Origin: Camelus ferus | Taxonomy: Eukaryota | Direction of reading: 5' to 3' | DNA length: 64,000 bases | NCBI RefSeq assembly: GCF_009834535.1 | Contig: NC_045719.1 | Span: forward strand, 14,198,001-14,262,000 | Shown: positions 24,601 to 39,600 of the stretch, piece after piece | How positions within the stretch are numbered: the first letter of the stretch is position 1 | Layout of the letters: each line of letters starts with the position of its first letter | Position numbers and translations under genes: made by a program | The notes under the pieces: model-generated | Seen by the model: only the letters and a program-made list of their open reading frames with translations | Told to the model about the DNA's origin: nothing | The model's database searches: none

Positions 24601-27600
24601 CAACAATGGGTTTTTACAGTGTTCTACAAGGTTTTACGATGTTCTACAAGCCCCACTGTGAAACTAAAGCCCCAAATCCAGCCCATTGTGTCCTGAGCTG
24701 TGTTTTTTTTATATTTTAAATGATTAAAAAATAAAAAGAGTAAGTTTATTACATGTAAAAATTATATGAAATTCAAATTTTAGTGTCATAAATAAAGCTC
24801 TCATGGAACACAGGCATGCTCATGGTTTAAATATTCTCTATGGCTGCTTTCTTGCTAGAAGGGCAGATTTGCTCAGTTACAACTGAAACCATATGGCTTG
24901 CAAAGTTTAAAATATATAGTAACTGGCCCTTTATAGAAAAAGTGCGCCAACCGCTGGCAGCTCTGTGCAGCCGCTTGTTACCTTTCTGGTTCCCTCTATT
25001 ACCCCTCCCCTCATCCACTGCTCCGTAGCCACACGGGTGCCCCGCCATCCTTGACTTCTCCAGACATTGCCTCACTTCAGGGCCTTTGAATGCCTTTCCC
25101 CTCTTCCAAAAAGCATCCAAGATAACTTCTCAGTTAGGCTGGCCTAAGTGTCTATGGAAAACTGCAGTCACCAGCACCCATCCCCACACTCACCCACACG
25201 CACTCTGTAGCACTACAGACCCTAATTATTTTGCTCAATTTTTCCCCTCTACAGCATTTAATTTATTAATTAGTTTACTGTCACAAGGCAAACTGTTTGT
25301 TTTTGCCTGCTCTGTTCATTGGTGAATCCCAAGCATCTAGATAGTTTCTGACTTATAGCAGGTGTTCAATATGTATTTATTTGTTGAGTTGATGAAAAAT
25401 AAGAAACACTTATTAGAAATCTCCCATGTGCTGTTTTAAGCTCTGCATTGTATTAACTCAGTGAATCTTCAGGGCTACCCTATACTACAGTTATCCCCTG
25501 GTATCGATGAGGAAGCTGAAGCCGGTGAAAGAACTTGCCCCAGGTCACATGGCTTACAAATAATAGAGCTGGGGGTCCAGACCCAGGCAGTCTGGTCCCA
25601 GAGTCTTGCTCTGAACCACTACTCCTACAATAGAGATAATATAGGCTGACTGGATTGGAAGGAAATAAAAGGAGAAAAAAAAATATGGTGCCAGGACTAC
25701 ACAGCTGGCGAGGAGGAGGTTAGCAGAATGTAATGCTGGCCAAGAGACACCCAAGAAGAGATATTACTGGGAGCTGAACATTTCCCGTGAGTCTGGCTGA
25801 AAAGTGAGAAGACGCGAAATGAAAGTGGCTTTTCGGTGGACGTGCCGATGGCAGAGGTTTCAGAATGTTTGATTTAGCCCTAAAAGAGATAGTGTATTAG
25901 GACCAAGCAATAAATGCTGTATGTGGACAAATTTGGCACATTCCAAGGAATTTTCAACAGTTCTGTACAAGTATGAAGTCTTTTATCTCTAAAAGGATCT
26001 TGCTTCCCTTCCTTTCACAAAAAATACTCAATCAGAGCTCAGACAATAACAACACAAAAAGAATTTGTAAGGGGGACGCACACCTGATGGGTGACCGCAC
26101 AAGATTTCTTTTTAAAGATCTCTTCCTGCACTCAGATACTTAGCTTATGTTTTAAGTTTAGTAAGTAAAAGGACTTACAAAAAAGTAATGCTATGCCCAG
26201 AAGTATCGCAAGGATCGCCCATTTGCCGAGCGTCACGCCTGCGCTCCGGGCAGTTGCACGGCATTGGCTTGGATGAGTACAGTCACAGAGATTCACTCTC
26301 AAGATTTTGGTTGCAGATTGACCCGCTCTATCTTTTACAGTAACAGGGACATAATATTCTTGAAATTCAGCATTTTTCTGATATGAGAGACGGGCGGCCG
26401 TATCTGAAAGAAAATCAAAGATTTACATTTTTTAATGAACGTTAACATTTAATATTCCCTTAACGCTTGTTCCACAACACTTGTTTATCAAGGTATTATT
26501 CTCAAGCAACCACCTGCCACGTGAAAATGAATAAAAGGGGATGACGATCTCCCACTTTTTCAAGCACTAATATATGTTGCCTGTTGTAACTTTTTAGAAG
26601 AGCGGCTTAAAGAAGTAATTTGGCATTGGACTGACCCAGCAGCATTTCAACATTATTTATTGTTCCCTTATCTCTTCCCTCATCTACAAACTAATGATGC
26701 TAGACTGGCTCTTGACATACACTTCAAGCATTTCCCTACATGCCTGCTCACGGTACGCACAGAGAATTAACACCAATAGTTACACACAAAAGATGTCTTA
26801 CGTTCATATTCTCTATCCATTTACCTTCTCGTACCTGTCCGTTATCCTTATTATAAGGTAATTTTTCAAAGCACAATTGACCTTTGATTATTAACGCCTT
26901 CCCTGTGGAAGTAATCTCTAAACCAGAAAGCTAATTAACATCACCCAGGCTAGCTGCAGGCTTACGTAAACACAGACATATCTATATCATAACCATACAC
27001 ATTTTTATCAACTGTGATAATTCCCCAATGGTCTTGTGACCTAATTTCAATGAGTTTATCATCAATTGACCAAAAGCTCCACACACTTTCAATGGCAATT
27101 ACAACCTTTTGAGTTTTGCAATAATTGAAATGACAGAGTAGAATTATGCACCTCCTGGAAGTCATCTGTAAACGCTAAGCCTTTTTCTTTCTTTTTTTAA
27201 ATTGAACTATAGTTGATTTACAACGGTCCATTAGTTTCTGGTGTACAGCAAAGTTATTCAGACATATACCTATACATTATTTTTCAGATTCTTTTCCATT
27301 ATAGTTTATTACAAGATATTGACTGTAATTCCTTGTGCTGTACAGTAAGATCTCATCATTTGTCTCTTAACTGCACTGTTAGAAATGTTAAGAACCTCAA
27401 AGATTTTTGGCTGCACCTCATACCCAGAGCTGCCCAGAGGAATGTGAATTACCACGAAGGTTTGTTTGGAACTTTTCAGGATTATAATGTGTCTAAAGTA
27501 AAATGCTTCAGATCCCTCTCCTCCGTCAAGACCATAAGCTGAGCCATAGGCACGTCTCACTCATTCAGACAGTGCGGCAGCCTCTGCCTTTCCTTGCCCT

Positions 27601-30600
27601 TCCATTCCACCCTCTTCAAATTGTCCCCCTACTTGTTACCAACGTCACTTTTTTAGAGGCATAAACTTGGGACAGCACTGCCCTGCTTACACACTCCCGA
27701 TGTGCACCTGCTCTCACCTACTGAACAGAATTCGGTCTCCACAGCTGGTACATACGGCCCTTCACCCCAAGGTTCTTCCTCCCACCCAATCTCTCGGCCT
27801 TCCTACTAACACCGTCTAAACTCTAACAACACTGATTTACTTTTTTCCGCTAATATTTGCCTTCTTTTGTGTATATTTGTTAATCAATTATTGATTAAAC
27901 AAACATTTATTTAGCAGTTTGTATCTACAACGCACTGGGCGAGGTGCTGGAAATACACAGAAGGATTATGAATGTCCTGAGAAACCCATGTATTCGAGGA
28001 GAAAAGTAAACAGATAATAATACAACACATAGACTACACAGAGATACAACAGGTAGATAGTAGGTCCATAAATATTATGAATTAATACCAAGCTAAGGAG
28101 TGGGGAGGCGTTCTAGGCAGAAGGAACAGCATGTGCAAAAGCCCAGTTGTATGAAAGAGCAAGACATAGTAACAGAGCAGCTGTGACGTGTGGCTGTCAC
28201 ATGGAAAACCACACCCCCCGCACCGCTATTGTAGGCGGCCAGACTGAAGGCTTCAATGCCAAGCCTCTGTCCGTATCCCACCATGTTTCCTTCCAGAATA
28301 TTATGCAGTGCTTATCCCACACACCCAGAGTCCTCACTTCCAGAGTTTGCTTACACTAAAATTTAAGCTACCCATCTTCTGTTCTTTCTTCATCTCACGA
28401 AGTGACTTCGAAAACATAGCAAAAGCAATTTGTTTCAATGATAAGCTGCCCAATAGTTCAATAGGATCTTTTTGTCTTTGTCGTAAACGTAAATTTTGCC
28501 ATCATAAAAATTATGACTTCTTTCATTTTATGTACCATATATACCACAGGCCCCCTATGATATTTGCGAAAGTTAAAGATAGTCTTCTAAAGTAGGTTAA
28601 TGAGAATCAGTTTTACATTATGCTTCATGTGCATAAAGCAGCAAATCCATCCTCAGTGATTTCAGAGCATGTAAATCATTATTTTTGATGAAATACCGTT
28701 AACTCTGGTGAGGGTCCATATTCTGTTGACTGCCAGAGAAGTGTCTGCCAAGGTGAAATAAAAAGGAGCCCCATTGATAGGCTCGTCAGGATCAACGGCT
28801 GAAATGTCAGTGTACTCCATCTTTGGTTTGCAAACTACTAGATAATTTTGAAGTATTTCTGGTGGGTTATCATTCACATCTTCAATGTTAACTGCAAGTG
28901 TTCCGGTACATGATCTGCCATCTAGGAGGAAAGGAGAGAACTTTGGTGTAGTTCATAGTCTCTTTTACAGTTTCTTAAGAAAACAAAATCAACTAGATTC
29001 TCTATATGATGTATGGGTTTTTTATTTAAAAAAACTCTGATAATTAGAGGAAATGGTAAATAAAAGCACAGATGGATACACCTGCCCATAGACCTTTTAC
29101 CAGAACGATTACCAAAAAATAAAAATAAATGTCTAAATTTCAAGCTGTTTCTTTGGGTTCCTTTTGGTGCAGCCGTTAAGGAAAAGTCAAGTGACTACAG
29201 AAAAGCTTTTCTAATCCTGGCACACATTTAAACCACCTGGGCAGATTTTTAAAATATATGATACCCAGGCTCCCCAGCCAGGGATTCTGATTCACTTGGT
29301 CTAAGGTAGTGTCTACACCTTGATTTTTTCTAAAGGGTCCCAAATTATTTTAATATGAAGTCATGGTTGAGAAACTCTCAGCTACTTTAAGAAATAGAAT
29401 TCAAGGAAAGGATCTTTTTAACTCCACAGTCAGCTGAGCTATTTAACAGCTCAATTTAAATTGGCATAAAGAGATCTAGAAGAGCCTGGTGAGACCATTT
29501 CATCTAGTCCCAGACTTAAACTTCACCTCTGTCCTCTGACATGGAGCTCTATGAGCATTTAAGGTCTCGCCATGCTAGGGATATAAAACTAAATAAGGTG
29601 TGGTTCCTTGTCACCAAGCAGTTTTCATCTTGTCTGAATGATTAGAGAAATCAAAACAATCTTTAATTTCTAAAAAGTCCATGTAGTTATCAGAAGAATA
29701 ATTCTGCACAAGAACAACTGCAGTTTATTCTCTTAATTCTTTAATAACATACCAGGTTAAAACTTGTATTTTACCTTGATCTATTGCCAAGACTGTAATA
29801 TTATACAAGTCATTTCTGGGAGTTGCAGCCTCCCTGTCCAAGGTTTTGGAAGTTTGGATTGACCCTGAAATTTCATTAATGGTGATCCACCCTTTAGGAT
29901 CATGCAATATCTTGTACCTGTTCATAAAAAGTAAAAATAGTTTTTAGCACTATAAAATATATTGAAATAAATTACAGTCTCAATTATTACAAATACATTG
30001 TTAGTATGTGGTTATAAATTTCTTTTTACCTTATACCATTGCTGGTTCTATTTTCGGGGTCACGTGCCTTATAGCCATTCATCTTTGACCCCACTGCGGA
30101 GTTTTCTTTAATCTGTACATATTGGACTGCAGGGCTGCATTCAGGCCCCTCATCCTGATCCTTCACGTGAACTGTGACCAAGGCCCTGTTCATGGTTGTC
30201 ACTCTGAGGGCAACATCTCTACTAAATGGAACTTCATTGTTTACTCCAATTTCCAGGACCACTTTCTGGTTTTCTTCATAATTCAGTGGCTTTAAAAAAA
30301 AAAAAAAGGACAAATATATCAATATCTGTGTAAAATACGTTTGATATTTTAAATAGCACGTGAATTTTGTCAATATGAACAGTGCTGCATTTAGCTGACG
30401 TTGACTTTTAACCACTGCTAAAGAGAGAGATGATTCTTCATTAAGACTTTTAACAAGAGTGGTCTAAAAGTTTCTGCAGGTGGTTTTATGGAGTGGTGAA
30501 AAGCAGCTCCTGAAATGTTTGTATAGTTTATTCTTACTAAGGACAATTATTCTGAACCTGAAGATAGTGGAAAAACATGACAGTGTCCCTTACGGCACTA

Positions 30601-33600
30601 ACAGACCACCCGAGGGTCTTCTGATGCTCGGAGAACGTGACTTTGACTTACTATTTACCATTAATGACAGCCCAGACATTTTACAGCTCTCATAAAATTA
30701 GATGTTGACTTAAAACTGAAAAGGTGCAATGACTTTATTTTCTCTCTGATAGAAAAGATATTTCAAATGTTTGTTTTAATTGTCCTATAAAGCACATAAC
30801 TGAGAATCTTTATTTCAGCTTTTCCTCCTATCAAAATCCATACAGGTTCTCATTTCTTCTTAGGAATCTGCTTTGTCTTTTTGCTGATTCTCCCAATGAT
30901 GAGTTAAGTCAAACTTTTCCCTGGGTTTACTCTCTATTTTTAGGAAAACTATATTTTTGACAATTTGAGAATTATACTTTGGCATTTTCTGTAGTTTATC
31001 CAATGAAACTCTCACAGTGCAAATGCAGAGGAGTAAAAAAAAAATTGATGTGCTTAATGATACTATTATTATCACCATCCCCATTTTACAGAGCAGGGAA
31101 GTGGAGAAAAGGAGGTAAATTGGTTTTCCCAAGACCAGAAGAGACTCATTTGAGCGGGAGTTTGAAGCCACTTGGCCTGGTTCGAGTCCATTTTCCTACC
31201 ACAATATAATCCTCCTGCTTAATTGGTTCACCAGCCTCCAAAAACTTTTAAGTCAATTCTTTGATGACAGTTGATCTTTATACAGCAAACGAAGCCAAAC
31301 CCATAAAAAACGGTTTTACACCGTACTACAAAGCCAAAGCACTTTCTCTTTGCTTCTCTTTCTGCTTATCAAAATCATCACTGGCTGAACATTGAACAAA
31401 ATCAAACCTGATGAGTAAAATTTTTGTTTTAAACCTGCCTCCACATCTAGGTATTATCAAGCTGAGTTACTAATACCACAAAAAGTCCAAGAAGAAGTTG
31501 AGAAAATTTCTGAATCTTCGAATCAACAAAATGTACGTGAACCTGTTTTTAGTTCTTTTATTAATATCCCAGAAACTGGGGCATCAGTGGAGAAAAAAGA
31601 TGAATATCTGTTCATTTGTTGCTAATGAACACTATCTCACAAATTGCATGTGTTGCTACGGTCATGCTGGGAGTCAGAGCATCTGCTGGCAATGAGAAAC
31701 GGACGGAAATTTAAGAACCAGCTGCTGCCCTGGAGTTGCAGTTATCTGATCTAGAGTCATTTGCTAAGAGCCCTAGAGATTCTTTAGGTAATTTTTTTGA
31801 GGTTCAAGCTGGATATTGCCTCAGTGGCTTAAAACTCTCCAAGATTAGAAAGCTGGTGGGACAAAATCAATGATTAATGAAAAAAATATGAATTCTCTTC
31901 AACCACAGGGTACCATCTTGTTTCATCAATTGAAAAAAAATTGTTTAAAAATATCCCATATTTGCAATAAGATGCTAACAGCTCCCTAGAAAATGTATTG
32001 TGGTGAAGATGGAACTGAGGCCCCTCGAATGCTGAGAATGAAGGCTGTGTCTTCCTCACTCACGCCCAGGCACTGCTACTGCTGCTGCTGAAGGGGAAAG
32101 AAAAGACTGAGATGGAAAGATTCCCCAGGACTCAGCTGAAGACTAGGTCAGCTCACACTCTACAGTTTCAGGAGAGTTATCTGTGGAAAATTAGAACATT
32201 TTTCCCAAGAACATGGTATGACTTCTAAAAATATAATACTAATATCCTATAGCTTACCGACTGCTTGCATTTTCGTTATCGTCCTTGAATAGCTACTAAG
32301 GAGGCAGAGAGAAGTACTATTTATATTTTACACATAATACAGAGGCTAACGTTCCAAGATCACATAGCTATTCAAAACAATTTAAGTGCGGAGGGTATAG
32401 CTCAGTGGTAGAGCGCGTGCTTAGCATGCACAAGGTCCTGGAAGGTCCTGGGTTCAATCCCCAGTACCGCCATTAAAAAATAAATAAAAAATAAACCTAA
32501 TTACTTCTGCTCCCCAAAACCAAACCAAACCAAACCAAACAACAACAATGAAACAATTTAACACAGTGCTTAAGAGCAGATACTTGGAATCAAAGACATA
32601 GACTCAAATCCTGTCTCTACTACGTCCCAGCTGTGGACCTTGAGTACATTTCTTAATGCCTCTGAGCCTAAGTTTTCTCTTCTATACAATGCACACACAG
32701 TAAGAGCTCTACACTATAGGTTTTAGTAATCTCTCAAGCTGTCACACAGGCAAATGAAGGGTATAAGGGACACACTTTTTGTTAAAGGGCAATAATATGC
32801 AATAGGAGATACTAACTAAAGAGACAATGTTTGAAAGCTCTGTTCAGCTAAACCATCAGTTTAACCTACTGATTATTTAACACTTTAGGGTACTAAAGAA
32901 TGAATAAAGTGCCCTTCTATCCTGAACATAATCCTGACTAACAAGAAAGAACCAGAGCATTGAAAGAGGACTCCTTTAAAGCAATCAATGCATGGATTTC
33001 ATTCTTTAACCAGTAAGGAGGTTAGTCATCATCAGGTATGTAGCCCACATGACAGGAAGATGGATTTCAATTACCCTGATTGTATAGTGTTCATTTTAAA
33101 ATTAAAGATACTTTACTTAGATTAGAAATAACTTAAAGATGTAACTTAACTATGCAGACACAAACCTTTACCACGGAAAAGGACAGATACCTTTAAAGAC
33201 CAGTGTGGCTACCAAAGGAGCTCTCGGATGCATTCAGGTTTTCTAAGGGTTTGCATAAAACATGGAAAGGAAGACCTACATGGCAAGTGCACATTTCATT
33301 GTCCAGTATGTTAGGGACTATTATGAATGAATGGCTTAAAGAGAGAGAGAAGGTAAGATTAGCAACAGAGCTGATAATGAGAGAGGAAAGAGATAATTTA
33401 AAAAAGTAAACTGAGAGAAGTGGAAATGAATTGAAGTTTTAAAGGGAGAAGACCTCTCTGTACACCTGAAGCCATGGCTCTATCAAGCCAAGTAACCCAA
33501 GTAGGGAAAAGAGGAGACGTAAGGGGAAGAGGACCCCTCGAAACTATATTTCATCCTCAATACCACCTTTAAAAGAATCAGAGCCAGGAATATATGAGAC

Positions 33601-36600
33601 AGGGAGAGAATGAGAAGAAAAATGAGCTTCTAAACTATAGCATGTAAGGAATAGTTAAAAGAATTGGGAATATTTGTCCTAGAGAAGGTAAATCTCAAAT
33701 GGACATAACAGCCTTTTCAAAGGATCAAACCTGTTCTGCACAGCAGCAGAGATAAAACCTGATCCAAAGACACGCATTACAAGGAGAATAATTTAGGCAC
33801 AGTAGAGGTAAGGCCCTCTGAGAATCAGAGCTCTCCAGACATGGAATAGGCTGCTAATGGAGATATGGAGGTCTTTCCTTATAATCGAGAATATTCAACC
33901 ATACACTAGGTAACTAATAACTAGTAACAAAATTACAGAAAAAAGGCAAGCATTAAAGCAGAGCAGTTGGACAAAATAGAGTAAGTTCTCTTCCAAACTG
34001 TAAAGTCTATGATCTGAAACTATTTAGCTGATTAAAGCATTAGTTGATTAAACTTGTCACATTGTCAATTGCTCATCATTACTGTACCTTGACAACACAT
34101 AGGACACCTTCATTAGTTTCTTTGTCTGTACTGATTTTGAAATGTCCATTTTCATTGCCCTTTAAAATAGTAAAATTGGCTCTCCAGTTGGCAGTGTTAA
34201 TTAAATCCTTATCATCTATAGGCATTCGTAAAATCTCCACATCGACTGTATTTTCCTCTACTGATGCTTCGTACTGAAACAGAAAGAACTCATTAGAAAC
34301 TTACTTTATAAAGAAAGTAAAATGTTTCTTCCACTCCAAAAATACTTGCTTTTACAGTTTTTGCCTAGATTATTTTTAAACTGTAAGTCACAAAGAGCAT
34401 CATTTTATTAAGGATTATCTTTTAAGTGAATAAAGAACTTTGTTACAAATGAAAACTAATGTTACGGCCTTCAACAAAAAGGAGGTAATATTAATACTAA
34501 CATGAATAAATAAAAGAGAATTTTATGTCAGATATTTCATTGATAAACTGAAATTGATACTTCAAAGTATGATAAATATTTTATTAATCAGATTGAATAA
34601 ATAAAAAATGACAATAGAGATAGATTTTGATGTTATCTGCTTACAGCATTTTGTCTGAAAGTGGGTAAATTGTCATTTGAATCTTTCACAGTTATGATGC
34701 AAGTTGCTGTATTCATCAGTCCAAAAAATTGACCATCCATGTCTTGGACTTTCATTATCAATGAGTACTTGTCTTTAACCTGAAAACAAAGCATATATTT
34801 AATTCATTTTGAAAACCTTTGTTTAGCTTTATAAAGGAAAACTCAATTGTATACACTTTAATTTGTGTGTCTCTATGCTTTTATTTGATTTCTCTATTTG
34901 CATATGGCCAAAGAATTTGGTAGACAGGGAGAAAGCTGAAAAAGTAGGCAGAGGTTAAATTACAAAGACCTATACTAAGAATGTAGATTTAGCAGGTAAT
35001 AGGGAAAAGTTTTATGGGAGTTGTATGGGGAACACAAAATAGGAACATCTAGGTTTTAGAAAAAGTATTTGGAGTGAGCTGAGCTGGAATTCAAAGAAAC
35101 CAGTTAAAGGCTCCAGAAATAGTACAAAACTGAGGCATTAGCAATGAGGATGAAAAGGAAGGGTGAGAGGAAAGTTTTCTGTAAGTTAGAATGGAGTCTG
35201 ACTTGCTAACAGGTGGCACGCACAAGTTAATAGAGAAAGAGGGGGTTGAGAATGCTGCTCTCACGTGTCCCACTTGGAGAGACAGGCCAACACAGGTGCC
35301 GGGGTATCACTGACCCCCACAGGAAGCGAGTGCTTCTCTGAGGAAGTGAACACCAGCAAGGTGGGCAAGGAGGGGTGAAACGAGTGAGTTCTGCCTGGCA
35401 TATACTGAATTGCATGTTCCTGTGAGAAATCTAAAGACAGAGGTCCAGAAGGCAGCTGGATGGATGGCCCTTATACTGAAGGGGAGCTCATGGCCAGAAA
35501 TACAGTCTGGGAGTCAGCAGTACATAGACGGCGGTTGAAACTACGGCGAGAATCAGATGTTCTGGGAAAGGTTAAGGATGAGCAGAGGTGGGGATGTAAG
35601 GAACAGCATTTCAAGCATGGAGAAAGTAAGCAGACTAAGCGAAGGACATGAGAATTAAGCTGGAATACTGAGCTGGGACCAACCAGTCATATACAAGAGG
35701 TGAAATAATATTCAATAGTATCAACTTTCGTAAGCAATATCTTTTTTTCTAACGCCTTCTAAACACCAATTCATCTGTATTTCAATTCCTCGTGGTTTCT
35801 CTTACAGGAGGAAATATAAATTATTTAAAAACAGGCAACATTGTCTTATGCGTAAGTAAAATGAGAAACTTTTAATTCATAGGATAGCAAATTATACTAA
35901 ACTGGGGGTGGTGGGTTCAACCCCAGTTAAACAATATTGTACAGACTGTGAAAGTTACCTCTCGGTCCAAATAAGGAGACACGGTGGTGATTACGCCCGT
36001 GCTGGGATGCACAGAAAAGAGCCCAGGTGATCTTGGCGTCTGCTCCACAATGCTGTACTTCAGACGCGTGTGCATTGTGTCTGGTTCGTCTCTGTCCGTG
36101 GCACAAACCACTCCCACTGTTGTCCCTACATGTTTCAAAAAGAGTCTTAATTTCCAGAATTGCAAAATACGTTTGGGTGTATCTACAATTTTCAAAAGAT
36201 GTATTTCTTACCAGAGGTATTCCATCTTTACATTGTACTGGTGAAGATGGCTATAAATTTATAATATGAAACACTCTGATGCTGAGAATCAAGCTCACAG
36301 CTTAAAATATTTGATAGTAAATTTACTAAAAACTTATTTAATTGGCATCCAAGAATAATTTCAACACGTATTCCCATATATTGGAATAACTAACCCGGCT
36401 GGAGGTATAAACCATGTCTCCTAAGTAAATCAGATTTTTTTAATTAAACTTGTGATTAATAGCTAAATTAAGGGTGATTTGGGGTACAGTTGGATAAATG
36501 ATCAAGTTGACCTTTCACATCCCAGTCTGTCCTTTCTATGCATTTTGCTATTTCTTGATTTGCCTCAGGCTCTTGCAACAGATTGGTATCCACGCCCCAC

Positions 36601-39600
36601 TCTCCCTGGTCCCACTTAATTTTATTTCATACTGTCTACCATTCAGAGAGAACTTAAGTCAGCTCTTTTCTTCAGTGGGAGCTTTTGGTATTTTTTCATC
36701 AGTATGGAAAGTAAGAATATTGCTCTGGCAAAGGATTTCAGGTATCATCAAGTATATACGGGTGGTATTTTTATAGCATAAGGATGGTGTTCCAATGCCC
36801 GTGAAATTATACTGCATAGCTCCACTGTGCCTACAGCCCTGTAAGTGAGGCTGGCCTGAGGAGCATCACAAGGCATTGCACTTTCTTCCTGCAATTTTAT
36901 TGACAGGAAGACGTAAACACTATTTTAATTCTCTGGGTACAGAACTCCTTTACTTACCACATAAAATCTTGACTTGCAAATTCCTTCCCATGAGTACTGT
37001 ATTTCAATATTAGTTGGGGAGCCTTTGCCCAAACCCTCTGTGTGTGAGGTAAGGCGAACTCAAGGAACCGCTTACTAGCTCAGGGTGTCACAGCCTTAAC
37101 TGGTCTGAGCCTACTGATGTGAGATGCTTAACATTTCTTGGGTTAATCTGAGCATCAAAGTGTTCGTCCTTGAGTCTTCTCTGTTACTACCAAAGAGAGC
37201 AGAATCCTTAAGGTCTAAAACCAGTCATCCTCTTTGAAAATAGAGAAATGTAACAAAGGTCATAGATTTGTGAGGTCTAAAACATTATAGGTCATCTAAT
37301 GTAATTAACTCATTTTACAGGTCAGAGAACACAGAGGGACTTTCATGAGTTCCCACAGTGAAATAGTAACAGAGCCTGAATCAGAAACTGGGTCTCCCAA
37401 ACTCCAAACAAACTATTTTTATTTTTTTAATTGTACCATGTGAGTAACAAAAAGGTTAACATCTACGACATTAAATTATCAAAGTAAAATATAAAAGGAA
37501 ATAGCAGTCATAATAATCCAGGGAAGATCTAAGTAACTACTGGAAACTTTAATCAGTGAATTAGCAAAGTCATCCTTTATGACTGAGTCCACTTCCCTTC
37601 ACTTTGATTGAGAGTAGCCATTCCCCATATTGCAAGTCTCAGGTGACAATCAAGAATGCCAACTAATGGGGGAGGGTATAGCTCAAGTGGCAAAGCACAT
37701 GCTTAGCATGCATGAGGTCCTGGGTTCAATCCCCAGTACCTCCTCTAAGAATAAATAAACCGAATTAACCTCCTTCCACACACACACACACAAAATATGC
37801 CAACTAAACTGAAACACTCTGGTTTTCCACAGGTGAGCGCAAGTGTTTAGGGTGAAGGACATACGATGCAAGTTTCTTTAACTCATCCCAGCATTCTTTC
37901 TAAACTGGAAGTGGTATGGTAGTAGTTTTAAGCGAAGAGACAACATAGATAAGAGCTTAAGAAATTGTATCCTCAGTGGATGTCATTCAACACCTTCCTA
38001 AATAAAATCTAATAAAAATTTCTATACTGATTTTAGTTTTGTCGTACACTCTACCCTGCACGTCCTCTCTTGGAGCCAGGAATAATGATGACCCCACATA
38101 GTGATGAAATGAAATAAAGTCTTCAAATACGGTACAAAGCTTGAATAACTGCTGTCTGCCTTTATAATTCATGGGCATCATATTGGCAACACCACAAACT
38201 CCTTAATATCATGTAAATTACACATTGATTGGATTTGGTAGGATTAAATGTAATCTGCTATGTAGATATTGGTCCAATGTCATCTCAGGATGCTCTGGCT
38301 TTGAGTGAAAACTCAATGTCTCAAACAATGTATATAAACATGTAACACAGCACATTTTACTCTTAAAAGTTGTCTTACCAAGTCTACTGCTTTCCGGAAC
38401 TTCAAAATTATAAATGGCCTCTGTGAAAATAGGGCGGTTGTCATTTTCGTCCTCCACTCTGATGGGCAGCGGAAGAGGTAAGTCAGCTGAATACCCATCG
38501 GGAGTTGACGCATAGGCAATCAGCTGTAAAACAGTGAAAAGCAAGTTCAACAGTCTTTATGTAAAGAATCTAGCGAGAAAGAACACAGTGCTTTATCTGC
38601 AAATCTTCTCTGCAAATCTTTTCAGTAGGAACTCACTTCAAAACTTCCAGTCAGTGCTTCTTTAGTTATCAAAGCATCAAATGCAGAAACACTTTAACTA
38701 CAGTTAAGAGCATCCAGTGTTTCGCAGAAGTGGCTACACTTCAAATCAAACCTCAGTCAGAGCACAGCAAGCCAGGGGCTACTCAGGCTATTGGAATAAG
38801 GAATTAAATGTGAATGTAGAGATTGGGATTACAGTTCTCATCTTCCCCATAATCAGAATGTTATACTGGGGAGAACAATTAAACTCATTGCAACTGGAAA
38901 AATCCCTACCACATGATCTAAATAAAATGTCACTACCAACCCCCTTTATTGTTTTACCTTGTAGGTCACATCTCTGTAAGTGGTTTTCTAACAATATGCA
39001 TTTAACAATTTCCCAGTTGCCAGCTAACCAAAGGCAATGTAACGTCAAATAGATTGTATTTCTATTCAGCATGTGATTACACCAGAGTTGAAAATTTTCT
39101 AGCCAGAAGCACAGAAATGTCACATGGTGGACATCAGTCACGTTTAATACCCAGCATCTCCTCTCTCTTCTTGTAGGAAGAGAAGCCCTCTTGCCTATAG
39201 GGAATCAGTCCCCCTGCACCACAGGGATGACTGCATGACCCCAGAGCATTTACCATATTCCACTGAAAATTGTCTGAATTATTATGCTGAAAATTATTTG
39301 AATTATCCCCCTTTGATGTAAGCTTATCCATATCAGAATGCTGGCTTATTTGGGTTTGGTCTCCCGCTTTTACTTCCTTATCTAGTTCTCAGATGGCGTC
39401 AGATGATCATACATGTTTAAGGAGGGAAAAAAAACCACAGCAGAAGTGAGAAGAGGACCCTTCCAGTTAGCTGTGGCCATGTCCTGGAGAGAGGAAACAG
39501 TCCCATGACCAGACAGAGAGAGTCTCATAAGCAAAGCAACTCCTGGAAATTTGCTGAAACTTATATTCAAATACAATTAAATTTCTTTTCTTCTTTTCAG

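Noticed and set aside
32386-32470. tRNA-like sequences (also at 6527, 13837, 17784 and 37667)
   Set aside because: They have A-rich or simple-repeat tails, TSDs and shared non-tRNA 3' sequence, so they are SINE heads and not tRNA genes.
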